From: Mobula birostris
Taxonomy: Eukaryota
Length of the DNA stretch: 64,000 bases
NCBI RefSeq assembly: GCF_030028105.1
Contig: NC_092384.1
Location: forward strand, 12,798,316-12,862,315
Direction of reading: 5' to 3'
This document shows positions 12,439 through 24,759 of this stretch, piece by piece. Each line of letters starts with the position of its first letter. The stretch's first letter is position 1. A model generated the notes under the pieces. That model had not been told where the DNA came from. It ran no database searches and saw only the letters and a list, made by a program, of their open reading frames with translations. The translations under genes were made by a program, and so were the position numbers.

Positions 12439-12747
12439 CTGCTCCAACTCCATTGACGCTTTCATCCAGGGTTCTCAAGGACTCATCTGCGACTTTGGCA
12501 CTTGTCTGTGAAACGGCTGAGTTTTACCCTGGAGAATTAACTGTTACATGGTATAAAAACGGTACTACGGCCACAACAGATACAAGTACCTATAAACACG
12601 AAAATACTGAAGGGTTGTTTAAAGTTTCCAGTTCCTTGCAAGTAAAACAATCAGAGGTGAACGAGACTGTTTACATATGTTTGGTGCAACATATCTCGCT
12701 AAGGACTCCTGCCATTGCTATCCACACCGTTCCGAATTCTTACCGAG
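12439..12747 (+). CDS. Gene A exon 3: Ig C1-set domain
   Basis: Acceptor ccccacag|, donor G|gtatga, 309 nt, phase 1/1. Motifs: LVCETAEFYPGELTVTWYKNG, GLFKVSSSL, VYICLVQHISL. Confidence 0.93.
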
Positions 12748-12939
12748 GTATGAAGTGAACACGCAATTAAATTTTCTGACTTGCCTTTGAATTCTAATTT
12801 TATTGGTGTTGATGACATTAGGTGATGAAGTCAATATACATTGCAATATCCCCTAGTTCTAATTTTCTAGAAATAGTCGGCTAGTCCAGACAGCTTTCAG
12901 TGTATGTATATACGGTGGAGTGGTGAGTTTCTACTAAGC

Positions 12940-13930
12940 AGTCAGCTTGAGCCTCCTGATGAGTATTAAGATCTTTGAGTCCCCAGGGCCTAAATGGATT
13001 TACCTCGATCTATTGAAGGAGAGAAGAGACGAAAATGCTGGGGTCTTGACGGGTATTTTCGTGTCCTGCCTCGGCGTAGGTCAGGTCTCGGAGCACTAGC
13101 GAGTGGCTAATGTTGTGTCTCTATGTAAGAAAGGATCAAGGAAAATTCTGGGAACGAAACACTGGTGAGTCTCACGTCAGTGGTAGGGAAATTGCTGGAG
13201 AAAATTCTAACGGATTGGATATATGAGTATTTGGCCGAGTTAGAGAGAGCCAGTATGGCTTTGTGCGGGGCAGCTCGTGACTTACTAACTTGATTGCGTT
13301 TTTAACGAGACGAGAGAGATTGATGAAGATTGGGCAGTGGAAGTTGTCTACGTGGAATTTAGTCATATGTTTGACAAAGTCGCTCGTGGGTGGCCACTCC
13401 AGATGATTAAGGTGTTTAGGGTCTGCGGCAAACCGGCTTGCGCATGGAAGACAGAGGGAAATGGTTCAAGGAACTTATTCGATCTGGAGGTCTGTAATGG
13501 ATGGTGCTCCACAGCGATGTGTGCTGCACATTTTCTGTGGTTTGGGACCTCTGCTGTTTGTGATGTATAGAAATGACTTGGATGAAAATGCAGATGGGTG
13601 GGTTAGTAAGATTGCGAATTATTCAATCTTGATGGAGTTGTAGATAGTGTAGAATACTGCAAAAATACAGCGTGATATAGATCAGTTGGGCAGAAAATGT
13701 CAGATGGTGAGGCAACTTGTAAATGTAAGGTGTTGCACTTTGGCAGGGCTAGTGCAAGGAGACAGTGCCACAAAACTTTTAACAGTGTTGCTTAGTGGAG
13801 AGACCTTGGATTCTAAATCCACAGCTCCTAGAAAGTGTCGATGAGGTTATTAAGAAGGCCCGTTTTTATTAGTCAGAGCGTTGAATTCAAAAGTCAAGAG
13901 GTTATGTTGCAAGCTTATAGAACTTTCAAC
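12940..13930 (+). mobile_element. Old CR1 LINE RT fragment in gene A intron 3
   Basis: Decayed EVVYVEFSHMFDKVARG and LLFVMYRNDLDENADGWVSKIAN motifs. Confidence 0.7.
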
Positions 13931-14244
13931 AAGAGAATATTTCTGAGACTATAGGGACTATGAAGCCTCATATATTGTTGTAATATCAATACCAGTCAAA
14001 CAACATAAACGTTACTACCTTTACTAGTATCTGTTCACCTGAAATCCCATTCGCTTTAACCACAATTCAACACACTGGAAGCTGATAGAGTGCAGTTATT
14101 TCACAGAACTCCGATCATTCAGACCACAAATTGCACTTTTTAAAAATTACTTAAAATCCGTTGAATCAACGAATAATTCCAAAACCTATTCTTTAAATTA
14201 TATCCACTAAACAGAAATCACAATCTACCTTTCTAATATTGTAG

Positions 14245-14355
14245 AACTCGATGGCAAATTTACAACCATCTGGGCTTTTGGATGCGCAATTGGTGGCATG
14301 GCAATTTTGATACTTCTAATTATCGCTGGCAAGAAATGCATTTTCATAAATAAAA
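14245..14355 (+). CDS. Gene A exon 4: uncharged transmembrane segment (ELDGKFTTIWAFGCAIGGMAILILLIIAGKKCIFINK)
   Basis: Acceptor aatattgtag|, donor A|gtaagt, 111 nt, phase 1/1. About 21 hydrophobic residues followed by a KK stop-transfer. Confidence 0.88.
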
Positions 14356-14552
14356 GTAAGTATTGGGCTTATTGTCTGTTTCCAGGTAACACCGTGAGTA
14401 AATAATGCATTTTACTTCCGTTTTCGTGCATGAGGAAACTTCACACGAACAGAATAATTCCAGAACGAAAGTAATTCCATTTTTATAATTGAAATCGTGT
14501 TCTGATCATTTACAAGAGGAAGATCGAGTATGCGATATGTAATTAATGATAT

Positions 14553-14665
14553 CTAACCATATAACAATTACAACACGGAAACAGGCCATCTCGGCCCTTC
14601 TAGTCCGTGCCGAACGCTTACTCTCACCGAGTCCCATCTACCTGCGCTCAGCCCAATATAACCTA
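14553..14665 (-). mobile_element. Short CR1 3'-end fragment in gene A intron 4
   Basis: aaccatataacaattacaacacggaaacaggccatctcggccc is the reverse complement of a typical CR1 3' end. Confidence 0.55.
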
Positions 14666-16631
14666 ATGAACTGATTTATAAAATCCGTGCCGGAGTACTG
14701 TGATATCCATGTCAATTCTAGAGGTAATGAACATAAAGAAGACGCTTTCCGTGTGGAAACGTCTCAGGAAAAATAATTGTACAAATTTAAAGATCCTCAA
14801 TCCACAGAGAGGGTTTTCTCAATGCATTATCTAGCCTGTTCCTTAGGAAACGCAGACGATTGTTCTTATTTGTTGCATCTTAAAATGTATTTCTCTGTAA
14901 GAATTGCTTCTTCACACTGTTTTTAAAGTTATCATTTGCCTGTATCTGTGAGAGTCCTCCAGCAACCCAAGGCCGCCATATTCACAGTTAAGATTCCACT
15001 TCCTTGGAACTCCACACCGCAATGATAATGCCAGTCAAGACAGTGGATCTATACGAATTCCAACAGGACAACGATGGCTCAGCCGATTAACACCCGAGAT
15101 GTAATTGTAATGAGCTCTTCGGACCTGCACAGGGAGCCGAAGGACGCTTAGATGCGAGATTTCTAGAGCACCCAAATTTGATTTTCTTCAAATTTGTTAA
15201 GTTTATTTTCACTGACATGGGTATTGTATGTTCTGTGATTAAACACACTCCCGATTTGCACAGAATCCCACGAGTTTATCAAAATGAATTTAACAAGTTT
15301 AAACCGAAAGCACCAGGAGACTGCATTACAAAGAACGAGGTAAAATACAAAGAAGTCCAAACAATGAACAACTATTAATCAAATCAAGTGCTCTGAAAGT
15401 CTTGGAGCCGATGCTCCCGTGCTCCCATTACAGTGCTCATTACAGTACTCCTCTTCCTAAGTAGCTTAGAGAAATAGAGGGCTATGGATAACCTAGGTAA
15501 TTTCTCAAGTACGTACATGTTCGACACAGCATTGTGGGCCGATGGGCCTGTATTATGCTGTAGGTTTTCTATGCTTCCATGGCCGGCATCTGACGGCCCC
15601 AGTGAGATCTGCGGAACTCGGCAGGCACCTACGAAATTCGAGTGGGACCTCGGAATCTCGAGACAGAGACAACATTGATAAGAACCGGGGAAACATTAAA
15701 TGGGCCATGAGAAAACTAGAGGGCCCCGAGTAACCTTAAAAACGTTGAAGATACTAACGACCTTGAGAACCGAGGATGCCTCGACCATGACAAAGCTTTG
15801 AGAACCGGAAAGACCTTGAACATAGACAAGAAAAGCTCCGACTGTGGACATGAGAACACCTCAAGCCGAGCGATGTCCACACAGTGCTGGGTCCAAGTGC
15901 GGAGGAAAGACAGACTCTGATACAGAGTCAGAAACCACAGTTTATTCATAAGAATTTCAACAGAACATCAGTGGTTCGGTCGAGGAACATTGCGAGACAG
16001 AGCGTTCTCAAAACTAGCATTCCGCGACAAGTACTAGTCAGGCGTCCACTTAAATAATATGAATGACATGGAATCCCAGAGACTAACAAAATAACCTACC
16101 AAACTTAAACAGAAACTACCAGGAGACTGTTCGAGAAAAAAATAGTGCTCTAAAATTCTCGGAGATCAAAGCTCTCCAGCTCCCCGCACAAGCCCGAGGT
16201 GCTCTCTACAGTTCCTACTATGAAAGCAGTCTTGTCTTTCATCTTTGTGAGAAATTTGATCATTATTTTCGTTAAAAACACATATGGATCGAATAAATGG
16301 AACATGTATTGCAGTGTTGCAAGTTTTATCGCATTTCTCGTCTGACCTTCATTGAACCTAATGTTCAATAATGTTCAGTCATTGATTTTCCTCGATGCTG
16401 CAGATGGATGTTTTTATCAAACACTCTGTAAAAGTCTTAATATATCTTAATGTTATGGTGTTCATTCTAGACACAGCCATGTCAAGTTAATACAGCCCTC
16501 TGTATTTCAGCGTTCAGTTCCATAACTTTCCTTAATGTAAATCTAAGCTCTTGTTCCGCTTGAATCGGACCGTCGTGGATAGCCATAAGAATCTAAAATA
16601 TCATATTTAAGTAAATGTCATTCATTTCTAG

Positions 16632-16672
16632 GTAAGCACGGAGATACTGATACTGCCGACCATGAAGATTTG
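16632..16672 (+). CDS. Gene A exon 5: cytoplasmic micro-exon (SKHGDTDTADHEDL)
   Basis: Acceptor ttcatttctag|, donor |gtacgt, 41 nt, phase 1 to 0, which is the bridge needed between exon 4 and exon 6. Confidence 0.75.
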
Positions 16673-17156
16673 GTACGTGTTTGTGCGCATTTTTATACAC
16701 GAATGAGTTTTAAGTTTCAGTAAATATAGGAATGGGGCGAATAATATGGCGGAACATTTCCCGAAAGTAATAATCTCTACCTCGGATCATTCAAATTATG
16801 TTTGCACATTTGCCTGACCGTAGTTCTGACATTGCTGTAAGTGGATATGTAGGAGAAAAATAAATTGGTAGCTTTATTCATAACGGACTTAGATAATTAA
16901 TGTGTGCCAATGCAATCCTTATGTTTAGATTCAGTAATTACTCTTATTGATGTTGACTGAATTACTGAAACCGACATAATTAAGTCATATTTATATACTG
17001 GTCAGAGCCTATGCAATTGGACCAGCATTGTTTTTTTTTATCAATTCCCCTTTCAACATTCATATGAAATCTAGGCTATTCTCCTCACTGACTAATCACC
17101 AGACCATTCGTTACCGCATTTAACAGTCATATAAAATACTTTTATTTCTGACCCAG

Positions 17157-17255
17157 GTTGAAGAGAATAAGATCCTGACTTATGCTGCTGTAGATACGAG
17201 CAATTCCAGCCGGAAGCGGAGACAGAAAGGTGAAGAGGAGTCATCGTACGCACAA
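17157..17255 (+). CDS. Gene A exon 6: cytoplasmic, ITIM LTYAAV and SSYAQ(V)
   Basis: Acceptor tttctgacccag|, donor |gtgaga, 99 nt, phase 0/0. Translates VEENKILTYAAVDTSNSSRKRRQKGEEESSYAQ. Confidence 0.85.
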
Positions 17256-17448
17256 GTGAGATTCTGCAGTACATAATAGGTCATATGTAACACGTGACTC
17301 ATGAAACCTATAGCAAAATGACAATAATTGTTATGGTATTGACACTAGTGGTGCGTTCTAAAGGGGATCGTGGGTGCTTTGACATCGTCCCTGATCAGCA
17401 AGGCACAAGATGATTTAAAAAGTGAAAATGTTCGCAATTTTTTTTCAG

Positions 17449-17580
17449 GTAAAGCAAGAGGCTGTGCAGGAAGGACTGACATATGCTACTGTAAAATTGT
17501 CTGAATCAGGAAAAACAGAAAAGCTCAAGACAAAGAGTAAGAACACGGAGTATGCTGAGCTGCAAAGGGCAAAGCCTTAA
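17449..17580 (+). CDS. Gene A exon 7 (terminal): ITIM LTYATV and ITSM-like TEYAEL
   Basis: Acceptor tttttttcag|, 132 nt ending in TAA. Translates VKQEAVQEGLTYATVKLSESGKTEKLKTKSKNTEYAELQRAKP*. Confidence 0.87.
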   Translation, partial: VKQEAVQEGLTYATVKLSESGKTEKLKTKSKNTEYAELQRAKP

Positions 17581-17974
17581 AAGACCAAAGGAAGACATAC
17601 ATGCAAGAATAAGAATAACATGTAACTAGATAGCGATAATTTCAATTTCCTGGATTTTTTTTTATCCTGCACAAATTTCAATGGAAAATTATTTTTTTCG
17701 GATTCGAAAAGTGACGTAGGCCCGCAGTTGTACTTTTCTGCGAAAGCAGTTGAAGGCTTCATTAAGGCTTCATTGGCTTGTGCTAGCCAAATACCGAAAC
17801 CGACATTCATCTTTAATTATTCAGTTATTTGTCTGCAAATTAGATTAGTGCAACAAAATCTATTTTACAAAAAATCAGTTATTTGAAAACTGAAGAACAT
17901 AATAATTAGGTTTATTGATTATGAAGTGACACGCTAATTAAAGCTAAATGCTGCAAATCCGATTTCATTGATTG

Positions 17975-17980
17975 AATAAA
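17975..17980 (+). terminator. Candidate polyadenylation signal AATAAA for gene A
   Basis: AATAAA about 395 nt after the stop codon. Confidence 0.4.
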
Positions 17981-18559
17981 AATCGCGCCTTGTCTTTTAA
18001 AAGAAAATGAGAACAATATTTTCCTTCATATTTTCCTTTCTTCTATTGTAGCTCATCCTCTTAAGAGTTGTTAGTCAGTACGGGGATCACGTTTCACGCG
18101 AAATTGGCTGGTTCGCTATTCCTTCTTGGATAGTATATTGACAATCCTTTCGAAGTGCGCGGACTCGATTTTGTCTTCTTGAATTATCAATGTACGAAAC
18201 GCTCGATAAAATATTCTGGGGGGAAAGCAGAATCCAGGGATACTGCATGTACTGTAAATTTATTTATGTAAAAATATGAACACAGACTTCTATAAACCGA
18301 CAGTATCAGAATCATGATCTAAATACTGTAAAAATTCGCACGGGCTCTTCAGATGAGATTAGAGCAAGCGGTTTGATTTTTATAATAAAGCCCAAAGAAA
18401 AGAGCGGATAACCTACCATCATTGCATCCAGAACATTATGGTTAGTAGGTTATGTTGTCGGACAGTGATATGGAAACAGAAGCATAAAGTTCCGGGATTA
18501 AAATATGTGTAATTGGTAACAGGAGCGTAGCGTACTCCATGGAACAGTTCTTCGTTTGT

Positions 18560-21500
18560 CTGACATAGAACATAGAACAGTACAACAGAAGAACAAGCCC
18601 TCCGGATCACAATGTTGTACCGAACAAACTAAAATCTGTATAAAAAGCCCAACATCTAATCCTCCCCCACCACAATGTCCATATCCTTCCATCTTCCTCA
18701 TATTCATATGCCTACTAAACGTCTCTTTAAAACCTCTAATGCCTTTGCCACCATACCAGGCAGCGCATTCCAGGCATCCATACTTTGAACATATCCCCTA
18801 TCACCTTCAATACATGCCCTCTGGTATTGTTTCCTGGGGAAAAACATATTTCCTCTCTACTCTATCTATGCCTCTCATAATCTTACAAACCTCTATCAGG
18901 TCTCCCCTCAGACTACACTACTCCAAAGAGAACAACACGTTTGTCCATTCTCTCATGATAACATACGCCCTTTAATTTGGGCAGTATTCTTGTAAACCTC
19001 TTCTGCACCTTCTCCAAAACTTCAACAGCCTTCCTTCAGTGTGTCGACCACAACTGTATGCAATACTCCAGTTGTTGCCGAACTAGAGTTCTATAAATTT
19101 GCAACATAACCTCGAGATATTTAACTCATTGCCTCAGTGAAATAAGGCATGCATCCCATTGCCTACGTAGCCACCCTATCAACCTGTGTAGCCTCTTTCA
19201 TGGAGCTATGAACTCGAACCCCTAAGATCTCACTGCTCAGCAAGGTCCTTGTACTTAACAACGTACTGTCTCCTTACATCTGCCCTACCAAGGTGCCACA
19301 CCTCACATTTATCTGGGTTAAACCCCATCTGCCATCTTTCTGCCTATATCTGCAAATGATCTATATCGAGCTGTATTTGCCAGAATTCTACATTATCCAT
19401 AACTCCACCAATCTTGAGATCATCCGAAAAGTTACTACCCACATTTTCATCCAGGTCACTTATCACAAACGGCAAAAGTTTCAGAACAGATCCCTGTGGA
19501 ACACCGCTAATTACAAATCTCCAAGTGGAATAAGTCCCTTTGACCACTTCTTTCTAAGGCAAGCCAGCTCTGAATCTACACAACCAAAATGCCGCAGACA
19601 TCATGCATTCTAATCTTCTGGATTAGTGTCCCATTGTCATGGTCCGGTCCGTGAAGTTCGTATTCCGGTTCACGGTCCGGTCCAGCGATCCTTGCTCCAG
19701 GTTTTCCTGACTACCCTGTTTCTGGCTTGTTAAGCTCTAATTGAGTCAGCTGATGCTCGTAGGGGCTAACTGCATAAATACCTTCAGAGACCAGGGTGTA
19801 GCGGCTGGATTGTTCTTGTCCTTACTCCTTGTAACCCTTGTTCTGCCTTCTGTTTCCTCGCCTGAAGCCCTGCCTTGTCTTGCCGGTAACTCTCGCCTCG
19901 CCCGAAGTTCTCGTCTCGCCTTGCTTTGCCAGAAGTCTTGCCTTGTCTTGCCGGTAACTCTCGCCTCGTCTCGCCTGCAGTCTTGTCCTGGAGCCACCCT
20001 GTACCTAGCTCCCTTCCTGTCCCTTGCCTCCGCCCAGGTAAACCAGGTCGTCTAGCCGTTACCTGCAGTTGGTTCTGTCCCAGGTCGGGTGGTGATCCGT
20101 ACCCTGCCCAGGAGGAGCCTGCCTCGCCTCCAGTCTCCTGCCTCCCGCCTCGCCTCCAGTCTCCTGCCTCCCGCCTCGCCCTTCCCTAGTTCTGGGGTCC
20201 GAGCCAGAGGCAAGACCCAGGTACTGGGTCCTTGTCCAGTCTCTGGCTCGGAGTCCAAGCCCGGGCTCCTAGCTCTCTTGTCCAGTCCTGTTCCAGGTTC
20301 CTGGTTTTCCTGTCCATGTCCTTGCCATCGCCCTGTATCCTAGTCCTGTCCCTAGTACTTCAGTTTCTGTGTCTTGCACTTGGGTCCGTTCCCAGCCACC
20401 ACCCTATGATACCCATGAGGAATTTAGTCAAATTCCTTTACTAAAATCCATGTAGACAACAGCCACTGTTTTATCTTCATCAGTCTCTCACGTCACCTTG
20501 TCTAAAAACGCAATCAAGTTGGTAAACTTCGGCTTGCCCCACATAAAGCTTCTCCCTAATTAGGCCATGGGTCGTATATACTAACCAAAGAATTTTCTCC
20601 AGCAATTTCCCGATAATTGACGTGAGACTCACTGGCCAGTGATCAATCTTTCGGAACCTCGCTTTTGCCTACAGGGGATACGAAGATACTGTTGAAACCC
20701 CAGCAATTTTGTCGTTTGCCTCCCTTAATAACGTAGGGTAAATCCCATCAGGCTCTAGGGACCTATCCACCTTAATACTCATTAGGAGACCCAACATTTA
20801 AAGACCCTTGACTTTTAAATGTTCTAACATATTTGTACACCCAACGCTGATTTCCTGGTCCTTGATAAATACTGAAGCAAGACACTCGTTAAGTACTTCA
20901 CTCACATTCTCCGCATCCAAGCAACTGTTACCTCTTTATCCTTGAATTGTCCTACCCGGTATCTAGTTATCATCTTGCTTCTGATGCATATATAGAACGC
21001 CTTGGAATAAACCTTAATCCTACTTACCAAGGACTTTTCATGGCTCTGCCTTGTTTTCCAAATTCCTTTCTTTAGTTCCTTTCTCATTTTTTCCTAATAA
21101 ATCACTCCAGTTGATCCTAAATTTCGAAGCTGTACATACTTTTCCTTTCTCTTCCAGACTAAGCTCATCATCTCTCCGGACGTCCAAGTTTCTCTTATCT
21201 TTCCATCTAACAAGAACATACCTTTTCGATACTCTGTGCAATTGATCTTTAAACACCTCCACATGTCTGATGTGGACAGACTAGAAAAAAAGTGCTCCTA
21301 ATTGACTCTTCTTAGTTCCTGCCTAATGCTCTCACAATTTTGCCCTACTCCAATTTGAGGATCTCCACAAGAACCACATCTATCTTTATCTGCAGCTATC
21401 CTGAAAGTTAAAGAGTGGTGTCACTATTCACTAACTGCTCACCCACTGAAATATTAGTCGCCTGACCGGGTTTAATACCCAACACCAGGTCCAGTAACAC
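18560..21500 (-). mobile_element. CR1 LINE fragment(s), split by a solo LTR
   Basis: 3' end at catagaacatagaacagtac. ORF 19344..19547 (SGVPQGSVL...FSDDLKIGG). CR1 text resumes after 20411. Confidence 0.7.
19635..20411. mobile_element. Solo LTR (TG...TA; terminal CA mutated), family shared with 29354 and 36973
   Basis: Starts tgtcatggtccggtcc and ends ctatgata. 5-bp TSD CCCAT at 19630-19634 and 20412-20416. Contains internal tandem duplications. Confidence 0.8.
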
Positions 21501-22680
21501 ACATCAAAGTTACTGGTGAACGCAGCAGGCCAGGCAGCGTCTCTAGGAAGAGGTACAGTCGACGTTTCAGGCCGAGACCCTTCGTCAGGACTAACTGAAG
21601 AAAGAGCGAGTAAGAGATTTAAAAGTGGGAGGGGGAGGGGGAGATCCAAAATGATAGGAGAAGACAGGAGGGGGAGGGATGGAGCCAAGAGCTGGACACC
21701 TGATTGGCAAAAGGGATATGAGTTGATCATGGGACAGGAGGCCCAGGGAGAAGGAGAAGGGGGAAAAAACCCAGAAGATGGGCAAGGGATATAGTCAGAG
21801 GGAGAAAAAGGAGAGTGAGAGAAAGAATATAAATGACGGATGGGGTACGAGGGGGAGGTGGGGCATTAGCGGAAGTTAGAGAAGTCAATGTTCATGCCAT
21901 CAGGTTGGAGGCTACCAAGACGGAATATAAGGTGTTGTTTCTCCAACCTGAGTGTGGCTTCATCTTGACGGTAGAGGAGGCCGTGGATAGACATGTGAGA
22001 ATGGGATGTGGAATTAAAATGTGTGGCCACTGGGAGTTCCTGCTTTCTCTGGCGAACAGAACGTAGGTGTTCAGCAAAACGATCTCCCAGTCTGTTTCGG
22101 GTCTCGCCAATATATAGAAGGCCACATCGGGAGGACCGGACGTAGTATATCACCCCAGCCGACTCACAGGTGAAGTGTCTCCTCACCTGGAAGGACTGTC
22201 TGCGGCCCTGAATGGTGGTAAGGGAGGAAGTGTAAGGGCACTTGTTCCGCTTACAAGAATAAATGCCAGGAGGGAGATCAGTGGGGAGGGATGGGGGGGG
22301 GGGACAAATAAAGAAGGGAGCCGCGTAGGGAGCGATCCTTGCGGAAAGCAGAGAGGAGGGGGAGGGAAAGATGTGCTTAGTGGTAGAATCCCGTTGGAGG
22401 TGGCGGAAGTTACGGATAATAATACGTTGGACCCGGAGGCTGGTGGGGTGGTAGGTGAGGACCAGGGGAACCCTATTCCTAGTGGGGTGGTGGGAGGATG
22501 GGGTGAGAGCATATGTGCGTGAAATGGGGGAGACGCGTTTGAGGGCAGAGTTGATGATGGAGGAAGGGAAGCCCTTTTCTTTAAAAACGAAGACATCTCC
22601 CTCGTCCTGGAATGAAAAGCCTCATCCTGAGAACAGATGCGGCAGAGACGGAGGAATTGCGAGAAGGGGGTGGCACTTTA
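21500..22680 (-). mobile_element. Penelope-like element 3' part: RT C-terminus, GIY-YIG endonuclease and pseudo-LTR tail
   Basis: ORF 21866..22186 - reads FTCESAGVIYYVRSSRCGLLYIGETRNRLGDRFAEHL...LIFRLGSLQPDGMNIDF, a GIY-YIG domain of the PLE type. Confidence 0.88.
21555..21592 (-). ncRNA. Minimal hammerhead-ribozyme-like motif in the Penelope tail
   Basis: Minus strand reads gtc-CTGACGA-agggtctcggcct-GAAAC-gtcgactg: both conserved core boxes around a short stem II. Confidence 0.55.
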
Positions 22681-24120
22681 ATCGCGAGAATGGTCCACGT
22701 GCAGTATAGCCCCTTCTCCCGTTGGTCCGCCAACATATTGATTTAAGACAGCCTCCCTGATGCACTTCATAAATTTTTCCCCATCTAAACTCATTGCACT
22801 CAGAAGGTCCCAGCTTATATGAGCGAAGTTGAAATTTCCCATGGCAACCACATTATTTTTACACATTTTCTTAATCTGTTTATATAAATCCCGGTGGCTA
22901 TGGGGGTTGGGGTGTGGAAGAGTTGTATAATTCCATCAGTTTGGTAGCACATTTTCTGTTACTGAGTTCTGCCCAAATGGATTCAACGTCTGCACCCTCC
23001 ATTATCTTTCCTAAGTACAGCTGTTATATTGTCCCTGATTAGTTGTAGTACTTCTCCACCCCTTAACCACCTTCTCTGTCTTTAACGAGGTGTCGAAAAC
23101 CAGGTAAGTATTTCTGCCCCTCCCTGAACTAAATCTCAGCAATTGCTACAACATCGTAGTTCCATGTACTGATCCTTGTTCTAAGTTTATCACCTTTCAC
23201 CATTATACCCCAAGCATTAAAATACACACAGTTCAAACTGCCCGATCAATCATGCCACTTATTTCGATTTTCCTGTCAATACTATTTCTGACATCCACCT
23301 TCCTGTCCGATCCTTTGTTTACTGACCTGGTGCTCGTTTCCCATTACCCTGCAAAACTAGTTTAAACCCTACCAAGTAGCATTGGCAAATGTCCCGGCCA
23401 GGATACTGGCTCCCCTGCAGTTCAGCTGCAACCCCTCCCTCTTGCACAGGTCAACGCGTACCCAGAAAAGATTCCAATGGCCCAATAGAATCTTGACCCT
23501 GTATCATCTCGTCATTCATTCATTCAGTCATTCAATCATCTGTGCTATCATTCCATTCCCGCCCGCACTAACCTGTGGCGCAGGGAGTAATCCAGAGATT
23601 ACTAGTTTGGTGGACATTCTCTTCAGTCTCTTTCTTAAGGTCTATATACTCACTCCATAGCACCTATTCCCGTTTTTGCCAATGTTATTTCTGCACCACG
23701 ACCTCTGGATATTCACCCTCCCGTTTGAAAATATCAGGCGGCCGCTCCAATGCATCCTGGACCCTAGAATCCAGGAAGCAACACACTATCCTCATGTCTC
23801 TTTTGCAGCCACATAATCTCCTGTCTATCCCCCTAACTATCGATCCTTCTTTACCATTCCTGCTGAGCCTTAGAACCAGCTATATTGCCAATATACTGGA
23901 TGCTGTTGCTGTGCTCTGATTGGTCATCTCCCCCCACCCCACCCCAACAGTACTCAAAGAGTACTTATTGCTGAGTAATATGACCATAATGGATCTCTGC
24001 ACTGGCTGCTTTATACCCTATCTCCTGTCTGAAGCCTGTACTCTGGTTGTGACCATCTCTTCAAAAGTTTCATCTATAACGTCTTCAGAATCCAGGATGT
24101 TCCTGAGTACAATTCTGTGA
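22680..24120 (-). mobile_element. CR1 LINE fragment (ORF1 esterase and endonuclease region)
   Basis: NVVAMGNFNFAHISW and other decayed CR1 EN and ORF1 sequence. Confidence 0.65.
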
Positions 24121-24759
24121 CCCTGTCAGTCAGAAGCTGAAATTGCTTAGTCTTCGGCATATCTGGTCATCAGGGAAACCAGCAGGTATCCTGAATTTCC
24201 ACACCTTACAGGAGAAGCATTTCATACGGATTACTCTGTACTTCAAAAACATGTTTACCTCTTCTTATCTTTGTTTTCTCCTGTTTTCTCCGAATCCCGT
24301 TAAGCCAAATTTGAAAATGAATTTGTATTTGAAATCAGGAAGCGTCGAGACAAATTAATACTCTAGTTATTAATACAATTAATACTCTTTGGGTAGTTCA
24401 TGCTGTGGTTCATCTCAAGGTCGAGGCTGCCGTGTGTGTTTTACATATCTCAAGAAAAACGTCATTGTAATAGCAAATTCCACCTTTTTTACGCAACAAA
24501 GTGTTATTAACTTCAAAGTACGAAAATATAAGAAACACCTTCAGCATTGTCACAATGCATTCATTTTGGCAAAGGTGTTGCATTTGCTTTTTATGATTAG
24601 TAATGTTTTAACTGTCTTCGCTTTTGCTATTTTTCCTGTCCCAACGACAGTAATGCAGCAATTGTCGCAAACGTGCAAGGTTTTCATGTTCTCACAATAC
24701 TTTCCTCGATTTGTCTAATGAATGTCGTTGTTTCCCCAATTGCTACGTAAGATCAGTCC

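Noticed and set aside
11658-12747. Rearranged or germline-joined Ig light-chain or TCR gene
   Set aside because: The downstream TM plus ITIM tail, the short V and the absence of FGxG and of the C-terminal light-chain Cys argue against a true antigen-receptor chain; no gene symbol assigned.
19700-20400. Internal tandem units in the solo LTRs as a possible CRISPR-like array
   Set aside because: Eukaryotic context, irregular unit lengths and no unique spacers; these are LTR-internal duplications.
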